The position numbers and the translations under genes are program-made. Of a stretch of DNA of 64,000 bases, positions 1 through 7,584 are shown in pieces. Origin of the DNA: Eubacteriales bacterium (GTDB lineage: Bacteria; Bacillota; Clostridia; Oscillospirales; QAKW01); the NCBI GenBank assembly GCA_045636365.1, contig JAZTXG010000012.1:6559-70558 (forward strand), in the 5' to 3' direction. Numbering within the stretch: position 1 is the first letter of the stretch; each line of letters starts with the position of its first letter. The notes below the pieces were generated by a model. It did no database searches and was not told where the DNA came from. It saw only the letters and a list, made by a program, of their open reading frames with translations.

Positions 1-3000
1 TCAAGATCTCGCTAAAGGCAAAATCGAATTCCGCAATACCTCCATCGAGCACCTTAAAGACCAGAACGATTGCATCGAACTCACTGTTTGCCGCAATGTT
101 GGCTGCATTGCTCCAAGCGGCGGTGAAGGTACCGTCTTCTTCATTTACTGTTTGATTTTTGTTCGCGCCGAAGGCGTCGGTCAGAGTGATGGACTCCAGC
201 TTCAACAAGTTCTTATTATAAGAACCGTTGATGGTCATACCGCTCCACGCATTCAGATAATCCTTGACCGAAACGGTCACAGTGACGGTATCGCCAATCT
301 TCGCATCGGTCTTATCAGCAGTAGCAATCAAATGGGGCTGCGCCTTGACATTGACAACAACCGTTTCGCTGCGCTCCTCATAATCCCAGACAGAAACCAT
401 CGGCTCTTCGTCGAAGGCGATTGCCTGATCGATCTCTGCATAGAAGGAAATTTCACCTTCGACCTTCGGGCTATAATAGAGATTCATTAAGGTGAGGGCC
501 GTCTCTGTTGAGATGTAGTCTGTGGACACCAAAATGAAATGAACGTATCCTTCGTCCTCATTCAGGAAAACCACTCCGGTCACATCGTCCCTATCGCTCT
601 GCCACTCATCGATATCCTCTTGGTCGATGGTAACCTCGCTCTTATCATAGTACAACTTCACCGAAAGCGCTTGCACGCGATTGTTGAGGTTGTTGACAGT
701 GAGTGTCAGGGCCTCTTTCCTATTCTTGATCGCAGCATCCGCAGTGCCGATCGACAGGAACATCGGATCCATATTTTCATATTGGTTTGCGATCGTGATG
801 ATTTGATCCTCTGCCTTGGGAGCGTAGGTTTGGGTATCGACTACGGTAAAGCCGCCGTTCGAATCGGGGGTCTTAACACTGTCTGTTACAAACCCTGCAC
901 CGAATTTGGCTTCGCCGTCTTGGTATGCTTTGAAGGGGATGGAAGCAAGCAAGATCTGCTCGCGGTCATCCTGAATGTTCTCAAGGGAGATCCAGGTAAA
1001 GACAATCTTGCCGTCTCCGGAGCGGAGCAATACCTGAGCGTCCTCTCCGCCCAGCGGATTGCAGACGATATCGCTCTCTTTGATGCGGATCCGCTCTTTA
1101 TCAAATTCCAAAACGACCGGAACGGTGCACCATTCGCTGCTATATTCATTCAGATAAAGATGGAGAACACTGTCGTCGCCTTCATCCATCGCGTTGCCCT
1201 TTTCGAGGACCATGGTCAGATGAGGGAATCTTATTTTTTTAGCGTCAACGATGAGCGCCTCGGCATCCGCCACATACTCATAGGGGTCCACATCGACATT
1301 CGCGTTGCCGTCGAAGGTCTTGACCTCGGTCAACGCTGCATCGAACTGCACATCGTCTTTAAATCCGTTTGTCTTGAAGGTGATGCTCAGAAGGGTGTTG
1401 TCCTTTTCGGCATCGATATTCGCGGCGCCTGCGGGGAAGACCAAAGAGATCTTACCGTCGACCGAAGTATCTACCGTCGGGGTAATTCCGCCAAAGGCCT
1501 TGGGAACAACCTCCTCGATGGTAAATACGCTTGCATCGTAGCTCAGCTCTGCGCTGAAGGAAGACCACAGATCGCTGTAGTCCTTCAGTTTCAGCTCCAC
1601 AGTGTACTCTTCACCCTCTTGAGCTTTGCTTTCGCCGACAATCTCCAAGAAGGTAGGAGCAAACAAAACAACCGGCGCGGACACAGGCGCTTCAGAGTAA
1701 GAACCTTCCGGCGCATACATTCCGCCATCGGTGGCAGGATCTTCCACAATGATACCGTTCTCGGGGAACGCGAAGGAAACGTTGGGATCGCCTTCATCAA
1801 GAACCTCAAAGACGAGTGTCATCGCTTCAAAGTTTCTACCCAAAGCAACAGCCTCATCGTTCATCCAGGCAGCCTGGATCGTACCAGGCTTGGTTTCGTC
1901 TGCCTCGAAGTACGCGAAGCCGTCGACCGAAGAAGTTGCTTCGATGAACTTCAGCTTCGTTTGATCGTAGTTTGCGAAGATGGACATTCCCAGCCAATTG
2001 TCTTGATATTCCGAGACATTGACGGTGTATGTAATTTGCTCGCCGACCTTGACGCGATCCTTAGAAACCGTTGCTCCCAAATGAGCTTTGGAGTTATCGA
2101 TTTCCAAAATAACCGTATCGCTCACTTCAGTCGCATCGTACCAACTCTCGGGAGCGTACTCTCCGTTGGCATCCAGAATTCCGTCGGGAACAAAGGAGAA
2201 GTTGAAACTTGCTTCGCCTTCCGCCAAAACGTCGAAGACGATTACCAATGCCTCAAAATTCGGATTTTCGGTCACGATCGCATCAGCATGTGCCCAGCAG
2301 ACCTTGATCTCGCCGTTTTCGTTTTTGATCTCCGGCTCGATGACCTCGTCCTGGAAATTTTTAGGAGTGATGGTCTTCACCGCGAGCTTGGCGGGATCAT
2401 AAGTTCCTTGAATGGTCATCGCGGACCAAAGATTTGCATAATCCTTAACGTTTACACGAACGGTAACTGTCTTGCCGACATAAGCGCTGTCTTCATCCAC
2501 TTTGACTTCCAAAGAGGTTGTGACATCGTTATAAAGCAACTCTACCGTATCGGATACCTTTGCATCGGCGGCATAGGTCTCGGTGGGGACCTTATCGCCG
2601 TTTTCGTCCAGAACTCCGTCGGGGATAAAGGAGAATTCAAATTTCTCTGTAGTGTTTTCGCCGGACAAGACCTTAAAGGTCAGTTCCATTGCGGTAAACG
2701 TATCGTCTGCCATAACAACGGTATCGTCGTTGAGCCAGTTCACCGCTATTTTACCGTTTTCATCTGCAATGACCGGCTCTCCGGCAATTCCGCCATCGCT
2801 GAAAGCGGCAAATTTGCTTTCTTCTTCAATCAGTTCAAATTTTTTGGCGTCATAAGTACCCATGATGGTCATGACCGCCCAATTATCTTTGTAGTCCACT
2901 ACGTCGACCTTGACGGTGATGGTCTCGCCGAGCTTGGCGGAGTCTTCCACTACATCGACGTTCAGCATCGTTCCCTGCACAGAAGGAGCGATCGCGATGG

Positions 3001-4399
3001 TCGCTGTTTTTTCTGCGCTGTCAAAATTGGAAACGAACTCGCCGTTGGCATCTGCAATACCGTCGGGAACAAAGGAGAAGGAAAGGTTGGCATCGCCTTC
3101 TTCCTTCACCTTGAAGGTCAGGGTCAGCGCGGAGAACTCCGGCTCCATATCGACTGCGTCGACATTAATCCAGGTCACACCCAGAACGCCGTCGATGCTA
3201 TCTTCAATCACCGCTTCGGTGCCGGAGATGGTATCTTTAAAGTCGATCGGCTCGACCTTTTGCAAGTCTAATTTATCTTTATCGTAGGATCCCTTGATGG
3301 TCATGGTCGACCAGGCATCTGCATAGTCCTTGACATTGACGATGACGGTAATTTCGCCGCCGACTGTCGCGGTAGAAGGAGCAACCACTTCCAGCCCCAC
3401 AAGGGTGGTGGACTCGCTGATGACGATCTCTTTTTCTACAGGCTCTTTGGAAAAACCGGTGGTAATTTGATCCGTTTCGTTTTCGCCGAAGATGCCGTCC
3501 TCTATGAAGGAGAAGGAGAGGTTGGCATCGCCCAGCGCTTTGACATTAAAGGTCAGAGTTAAGGCTTTGAATTCTGCATCTACGTCATCGACAATATTCT
3601 CATTGACCCAGACCGCCGAGATGGTTCCGTTTTCGACCTTAAAGATGGAGTCTTCCATGATTTCGCTGTTCTTAAACGTACCCTTGACGGACCGTTCTTC
3701 GTCCAGCTCCAATACATCCTTGTTGTAAGAACCGCGGATGGAGAGGGTCGACCAATTCTTGGCATAATCCTTGACCCAGACTTCGACGGTAATTTCATCG
3801 CCGACCACCGCAGTAGACGGAACAACCACGTCCAGATAAGTGGGAGTGGCCGTATCGATCGTGATGGTTTCGGTCGCCGGCTCTACACTGTATTTCGCTG
3901 TATCCAGCGGAGCAGAACCGCCTTCGGCCGCGACCAACATTTCGCTTTCCACAAAGTTGAAAGAGATCTCCGCCTCGCCCAACGCAGCATCCGCCTTGAC
4001 GGTCAGAGGAACAACCATTAAGGTCGCACCCTCTTCCGGAGCCACATCCGAAGTGGCAACCCAACCCGCAAGGATCTTGCCGCCCGAAATATCTGCGTCC
4101 TTGACCGTCAGCTCGGTATCGCCGACGTTAAAATCATATGTCTCCGGTTCGCCATCGGGCGCGAAGAGGTCGGTGCTGTATGTACCTGCAACCGCCATCC
4201 CGCTGAGAGCGACCGTATTATGAATCGTGACAACAGCGTTGACCGCATCCCCGGGCGCGACAGAAGTCAGCGGATTGCCTTCGCCATCCACCAATTCCAC
4301 CTTCAGTTCCATCGGGTCAGAAAGCGCCGAGGAAAAGACGGACGCCATAGAAAGCAGCATAACGATTGTCACAATTGTTGCTCCTATACGTTTGAACAT
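1..4399 (-). CDS. Secreted scaffoldin-like protein with a signal peptide and about ten tandem cohesin-like modules. The 3-prime end is cut by the window edge, so it is at least 1466 aa.
   Basis: Absent from the supplied ORF track because it runs off the window. The reverse complement of 4380-4415 reads GGAGGAtctctATGTTCAAACGT. Hand translation gives MFKRIGATIVTIVMLLSMASVFSSA (signal peptide). This is followed by repeated units of about 150 aa such as VVVPSTAVVGDEITVEVWVKDYAKNWSTLSIRGSYNKDVLEL...LTLTFNVKALGDANLSFSF. I checked the frame as open at 4399-2900, 2460-2390 and 190-119. The plus-strand ORFs here (for example 539..3271) look like antisense shadows. Confidence 0.8.
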   Translation of the reverse strand, partial: MFKRIGATIVTIVMLLSMASVFSSALSDPMELKVELVDGEGNPLTSVAPGDAVNAVVTIHNTVALSGMAVAGTYSTDLFAPDGEPETYDFNVGDTELTVKDADISGGKILAGWVATSDVAPEEGATLMVVPLTVKADAALGEAEISFNFVESEMLVAAEGGSAPLDTAKYSVEPATETITIDTATPTYLDVVVPSTAVVGDEITVEVWVKDYAKNWSTLSIRGSYNKDVLELDEERSVKGTFKNSEIMEDSIFKVENGTISAVWVNENIVDDVDAEFKALTLTFNVKALGDANLSFSFIEDGIFGENETDQITTGFSKEPVEKEIVISESTTLVGLEVVAPSTATVGGEITVIVNVKDYADAWSTMTIKGSYDKDKLDLQKVEPIDFKDTISGTEAVIEDSIDGVLGVTWINVDAVDMEPEFSALTLTFKVKEEGDANLSFSFVPDGIADANGEFVSNFDSAEKTATIAIAPSVQGTMLNVDVVEDSAKLGETITVKVDVVDYKDNWAVMTIMGTYDAKKFELIEEESKFAAFSDGGIAGEPVIADENGKIAVNWLNDDTVVMADDTFTAMELTFKVLSGENTTEKFEFSFIPDGVLDENGDKVPTETYAADAKVSDTVELLYNDVTTSLEVKVDEDSAYVGKTVTVRVNVKDYANLWSAMTIQGTYDPAKLAVKTITPKNFQDEVIEPEIKNENGEIKVCWAHADAIVTENPNFEALVIVFDVLAEGEASFNFSFVPDGILDANGEYAPESWYDATEVSDTVILEIDNSKAHLGATVSKDRVKVGEQITYTVNVSEYQDNWLGMSIFANYDQTKLKFIEATSSVDGFAYFEADETKPGTIQAAWMNDEAVALGRNFEAMTLVFEVLDEGDPNVSFAFPENGIIVEDPATDGGMYAPEGSYSEAPVSAPVVLFAPTFLEIVGESKAQEGEEYTVELKLKDYSDLWSSFSAELSYDASVFTIEEVVPKAFGGITPTVDTSVDGKISLVFPAGAANIDAEKDNTLLSITFKTNGFKDDVQFDAALTEVKTFDGNANVDVDPYEYVADAEALIVDAKKIRFPHLTMVLEKGNAMDEGDDSVLHLYLNEYSSEWCTVPVVLEFDKERIRIKESDIVCNPLGGEDAQVLLRSGDGKIVFTWISLENIQDDREQILLASIPFKAYQDGEAKFGAGFVTDSVKTPDSNGGFTVVDTQTYAPKAEDQIITIANQYENMDPMFLSIGTADAAIKNRKEALTLTVNNLNNRVQALSVKLYYDKSEVTIDQEDIDEWQSDRDDVTGVVFLNEDEGYVHFILVSTDYISTETALTLMNLYYSPKVEGEISFYAEIDQAIAFDEEPMVSVWDYEERSETVVVNVKAQPHLIATADKTDAKIGDTVTVTVSVKDYLNAWSGMTINGSYNKNLLKLESITLTDAFGANKNQTVNEEDGTFTAAWSNAANIAANSEFDAIVLVFKVLDGGIAEFDFAFSEIL

Positions 4400-4488
4400 A
4401 GAGATCCTCCTTCAAATACGCACTTATAAAATAACCAAAAAAGGGTATAAATACCCCTAACGGTACGTATCCATTATTAGTTATTAAT

Positions 4489-4552
4489 ATTATAACAGAG
4501 CCGTTGTCAAATTGACATTACCTTATGTGTCTTTTTTAACACACTTTGCGTA
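4489..4552 (-). promoter_or_regulatory. Putative promoter of the scaffoldin-like gene: extended -10 (TGtTATAAT), a weak -35-position hexamer GTCAAT, and a conserved 36-nt upstream element (copy A).
   Basis: On the minus strand, TATAAT is at 4494-4489, preceded by TGt. A 16-nt spacer follows, then a hexamer at 4516-4511. The element at 4517-4552 (plus strand ATTACCTTATGTGTCTTTTTTAACACACTTTGCGTA) recurs with the same spacing at 11405-11440 and 52646-52681. Confidence 0.45.
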
Positions 4553-4620
4553 ATTTTAAAATTTATTTTGCCGCGCATAAATCGCCCCGCTTTGCCCCTT
4601 TCGCCCCCCATTTTGCAGCT

Positions 4621-4766
4621 ATATCATCACCGCAAGGTGTATATCATCACGCGCCAGCGTGTATGAAATCAACCGAAGGTTGAATGTAACCACCGTAGGT
4701 GTATGTAATCACCGCAAGGTGTATGTAACCACCGTAGGTGTATGCCATTTGCCCTGCACGGGCAAA
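4621..4766. repeat. Tandem array of seven mini-hairpins of about 20 nt each (array A).
   Basis: The units are atcaCACCgcaaGGTGtat, atcaCACGCgccaGCGTGtat, aaaTCAACCgaaGGTTGAat, gtaacCACCgtaGGTGtat, gtaatCACCgcaaGGTGtat, gtaacCACCgtaGGTGtat and TTTGCCCtgcacGGGCAAA. The AT-rich flanks are conserved. The stems vary but remain complementary. Confidence 0.7.
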
Positions 4767-4799
4767 AAAAGTGCGTCAGGAGTTCCTGACGCACTTTTT
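4766..4799 (-). terminator. Rho-independent (bidirectional-looking) terminator downstream of the 4801-5640 gene.
   Basis: AAAAAGTGCGTCAGGagttCCTGACGCACTTTTT: a perfect 10-bp GC-rich stem flanked by an A-run and a T-run, immediately after the TAA stop at 4801. Confidence 0.75.
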
Positions 4800-4800
4800 A

Positions 4801-5640
4801 TTATTCTTCTTTGGATTTTTTGCGCAGCAGCAATGCGATGGCAAAGGCGCTGGCGCTGGCAACCATCAAGGAGATCCAGAGGATCAGGTCAAAATGGTCG
4901 CCGGTATCGGCGTTATCGGAATCGGGCTTGGTTTCGGGCTTTTGCTCCGGCTTGGGTTCCGGCTCCGGCTCTGTCTCGCCCTCTCCGCCGGGCTGGCCCG
5001 GTTGCTCGGGTTCCGGTTCGGGATCGGGGGTGGGCTCGGGATCGGGGGTGGGGTCGGGATCAGGCTCGGGTCCGGGGGCAGGCTCTCCCTGCTTTTTTGC
5101 CAAAGCAAAATAGCATTTGCTGCCGCCCGCCTTAAAGATCAGTTCTCCGTCTTTGATTTCGGAGGGAATCAAGGATTTTTGACTATCGGTAGTCAGGCGG
5201 TAGACCTCTAAATCCTCGGAGGAGACCTTGATGCGAATCTCGTCCCCTTCCTCTAATTCGATGCGCTGACCGGTGGTCTTATCGCGATAATAGACCTCAA
5301 AGGGCATGGCATCTTGGGTATCCAAGCCCTCGATGCACTCTTTAAACCAATCCAATGCTTCTTTATGATCGGGTTCAAAAAACCGCACCACCAGCTCCAG
5401 CTCCCCATTGGGCTCTGCGGGAGTGACAGCTAAAGCGCCCTCTTCTACCTCAATCTTATACAAATCGTCTTGCAGAGGGGCAGTATGCTGATTGGGTTCT
5501 TCCGCAGGAACATAGGTACCCTGCACTTGGATGGGAACCTCGCCCGGCAGTTGGGTAATGGTCGTCGAATTATCCGCTTGGGCGACGATGCCCAAAGCAA
5601 GCAGCATACATATTAAAATTGCGCCGATCCTTCGCTTCAT
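4801..5640 (-). CDS. Secreted protein with a Pro/Glu/Asp-rich linker and a C-terminal tail resembling a cell-wall sorting signal.
   Basis: ORF track 4801..5646. GGAGG abuts the first ATG, so the start is more likely the MKRR ATG at 5640. Features: signal peptide [22 protein letters not shown]; linker [28 protein letters not shown]...[11 protein letters not shown]; tail NADTGD, a hydrophobic stretch [21 protein letters not shown], then RKKSKEE. Confidence 0.8.
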   Translation of the reverse strand: MKRRIGAILICMLLALGIVAQADNSTTITQLPGEVPIQVQGTYVPAEEPNQHTAPLQDDLYKIEVEEGALAVTPAEPNGELELVVRFFEPDHKEALDWFKECIEGLDTQDAMPFEVYYRDKTTGQRIELEEGDEIRIKVSSEDLEVYRLTTDSQKSLIPSEIKDGELIFKAGGSKCYFALAKKQGEPAPGPEPDPDPTPDPEPTPDPEPEPEQPGQPGGEGETEPEPEPKPEQKPETKPDSDNADTGDHFDLILWISLMVASASAFAIALLLRKKSKEE

Positions 5641-5670
5641 GCTCATCCTCCAACTAAATTATTGTCGCTA

Positions 5671-6192
5671 TTACTTATTCTTTACCGCGGGCTTCAAGGA
5701 GACCGAGCCGCTGCTCAAATAGGTTTCCGGCTCATAGCCCATCACCTTAAAGGCCAGCGGTTCATCGTCCGCTACCGCGCGGGAAAATTCAATGGTCTGC
5801 AGATATTCGCCGGGCTTAATTAAGCCGGTCTCGGCGATGATTTCACCCTGCGCATCCAATACACGCAATTTCAGCCAGCTTTCGTTTTTGGGAACGTTAT
5901 AGAACCAGATATCCGCTTGGTTTTGCTCATTGATCAAAACACCGCCGCAAATGTATACGGTATAGGGCAACCCCTCTTGATGGATTTTCGACCATAACAG
6001 CCCTTTTAATTCATCGGTTTCTTCCAATTTTCCCGCCACCGCCGCTTCATCAAAGGCGGGGGGGACAAATTGGGGTTGCGCTCCGGGCTTAAAATGAATC
6101 AACGCCGCAACCATCGCGCAAACCGAGACGATACAAACCGCCCCGATGACGATCAAAGCAATTTTCAGTTCTTTTCTTGAGATTCTTCGCAC
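5671..6192 (-). CDS. Single-pass (N-terminal anchor) membrane protein with an extracytoplasmic domain; paralogue of 8243..8794.
   Basis: A 173-aa ORF with a GTG start and a weak RBS. The TM segment is IALIVIGAVCIVSVCAMVAALI. The C-terminal region ADIWFYNVPKNESWLKLRVLDAQGEIIAETGLIKPGEYLQTIEF aligns with GMVYFSFTNPYESNQDMVLQVFVKDKLIAQSKLLPPGNALSQLPL of the 8243..8794 product. Confidence 0.7.
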   Translation of the reverse strand: MRRISRKELKIALIVIGAVCIVSVCAMVAALIHFKPGAQPQFVPPAFDEAAVAGKLEETDELKGLLWSKIHQEGLPYTVYICGGVLINEQNQADIWFYNVPKNESWLKLRVLDAQGEIIAETGLIKPGEYLQTIEFSRAVADDEPLAFKVMGYEPETYLSSGSVSLKPAVKNK

Positions 6193-6285
6193 GTTTTTTG
6201 ATACCTGTTCTTTCTTTTTCCCTTGGTTTCTTTCGTCAAAAACGGCTGCAGGCGGAAATTCGCCGGCAGCCGCCTAAAAATTCAT

Positions 6286-7347
6286 TTATGAAATGGTGAC
6301 AGTAAAGATACCCAGAATGCCAGCCTCTTCTTCAGTAATTCTGCCGTCAACAGTAACCGTACCGGAAATAGCACCTTTGGTGCCATCGGGATTTTCCACA
6401 TTAGCCTCATTCACAGTAGCTTTATTAACGGTAACATCTTCTACAGCTGCCTTCAATGCGGTCTCAGCACCGCCTTCAGTGTCTTTATAGGAAAGGGAAG
6501 CCTTAACATCTTGGCTGGAATGATTCTCAATATTAACGGTAAGAGTAGCTTCTTTGACAGACCATGCGCCACTCTCAGAAACATCCCACTTATGTGTTTT
6601 GGTGTTCCACTCGTTAGTATCGGCATCTATAAAGGTAAATACCGCCAAGTCATTCCAAGATAAACCAACCTTATAAGCGTGGGAATCACGAGATTCATCA
6701 ATATACTCGCTCCCCACATCGATTTTTACTTCATTGCCGGGTGCTTTATTGGTAGTAATAGTCGCTTTATTGGAAGCAGGTTCTTCGGGATCTTGAGGTT
6801 GGTCGGGGTCTTCTTCCGGCTGGACTTCGATCGGGGCGGACTCCACCTCCGCGGAACTAAACGCACTGCCATCTGTATTTACAATGGGTTCCTCTGAACC
6901 AAGTTCCGCCTGACCGTCCGGGGTGAAACCGGCAGAGATGATTGCGTTTGTCGTTTCGGCAAGTGCGGTAAATTGCAGTTGAACCAAATAATCGGCGGCG
7001 GGAACACCATCGGAGCTGATCCAGTTGATCAGAATGGTACCCTCACCGTTTTTTACATCGGCAACGACCGTTTGAATATCCTCCAAGGCAGCATTGCCGA
7101 GAACGCCGGTCTCTTTATCAAAGGACAGATAGGCGGGGTCATAGGTGACTTTTACCGTCATCGCAGACCAGGTGTTCGCGGTATAATTCAATGCATTTAC
7201 GGTGGCTGTCACCGTTTCGCCTTCCTTTACCGCAGTTTGATCTACGGTGATCGCCAAAGAGGGAGCGGTTCCTTCCGCGCTCACAAAGGCGGCCAGCCCT
7301 GCCAACAGCAGGGCGCAGATCATCAAAATGCTGAATACTCGCTTCAT
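6286..7347 (-). CDS. Secreted protein: signal peptide, one cohesin-like module, an acidic Pro-rich linker and the shared C-terminal domain (CTD).
   Basis: ORF track 6286..7362 has a TTG start that overlaps the RBS. GGAGGatatatctATG places the start at 7347 (MKRVFSILMICALLLAGLAAFVSA). The cohesin-like stretch is ITVDQTAVKEGETVTATVNALNYTANTWSAMTVKVTYDPAYLSF. The CTD at 6289-6678 is highly similar to that of 7585..8151. Confidence 0.85.
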   Translation of the reverse strand: MKRVFSILMICALLLAGLAAFVSAEGTAPSLAITVDQTAVKEGETVTATVNALNYTANTWSAMTVKVTYDPAYLSFDKETGVLGNAALEDIQTVVADVKNGEGTILINWISSDGVPAADYLVQLQFTALAETTNAIISAGFTPDGQAELGSEEPIVNTDGSAFSSAEVESAPIEVQPEEDPDQPQDPEEPASNKATITTNKAPGNEVKIDVGSEYIDESRDSHAYKVGLSWNDLAVFTFIDADTNEWNTKTHKWDVSESGAWSVKEATLTVNIENHSSQDVKASLSYKDTEGGAETALKAAVEDVTVNKATVNEANVENPDGTKGAISGTVTVDGRITEEEAGILGIFTVTIS

Positions 7348-7584
7348 AGATATATCCTCCAAAAACTATATTTGGGGTTTATTGCTCAAATATCGCCGGT
7401 CTTTTTTTGCAGGCCGGAGATAGTTCAGCCATAAACCAAAACAAATGTTTTTCGGGGCGCGGCGGCTGCAAGGATGCTCGCCGCGCCGATTTTTCATGAA
7501 AAACGAATTCGCTTAATGTAAGCTTGGCAGCATGCCAAGGGCGGATTGCCGCCCTTGGCAAACTGCTTTAGATTAAAGGATTAA

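Noticed and set aside
539-3271. A 910-aa plus-strand ORF, with neighbours at 152..490, 2088..2402, 2583..2855, 2910..3287, 3492..3728 and 3840..4223.
   Set aside because: The composition (Ile/Val/Asp/Gly/His/Arg-rich, with no signal peptide or motifs) and the lack of an RBS are typical of antisense shadow ORFs. The minus strand carries a convincing RBS, signal peptide and repeated cohesin-like modules across the same DNA.
4504-4517. The palindrome TTGTCAAATTGACA as a divergent plus-strand promoter or an operator.
   Set aside because: The plus-strand TTGACA has no acceptable -10 at 16-18 nt and no plus-strand gene follows. The palindrome is not conserved in promoter copies B and C, so it is probably incidental to the -35-position hexamer.
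4621-4766. Whether the tandem hairpin arrays (also 17245-17409) are CRISPR arrays.
   Set aside because: The units are only about 20 nt and directly abut each other, with no unique spacers of 25-40 nt. The repeat sequences themselves vary, and no cas genes are present in the window.
4659-5211. Overlapping plus-strand ORFs (4659..5135, 4738..5211, 4811..5113) with Gly/Ser/Arg-rich repeats.
   Set aside because: They are artefacts of reading the Pro/Glu/Asp-rich linker of the 4801-5640 gene in other frames and on the other strand. They also run across the hairpin array and the terminator.
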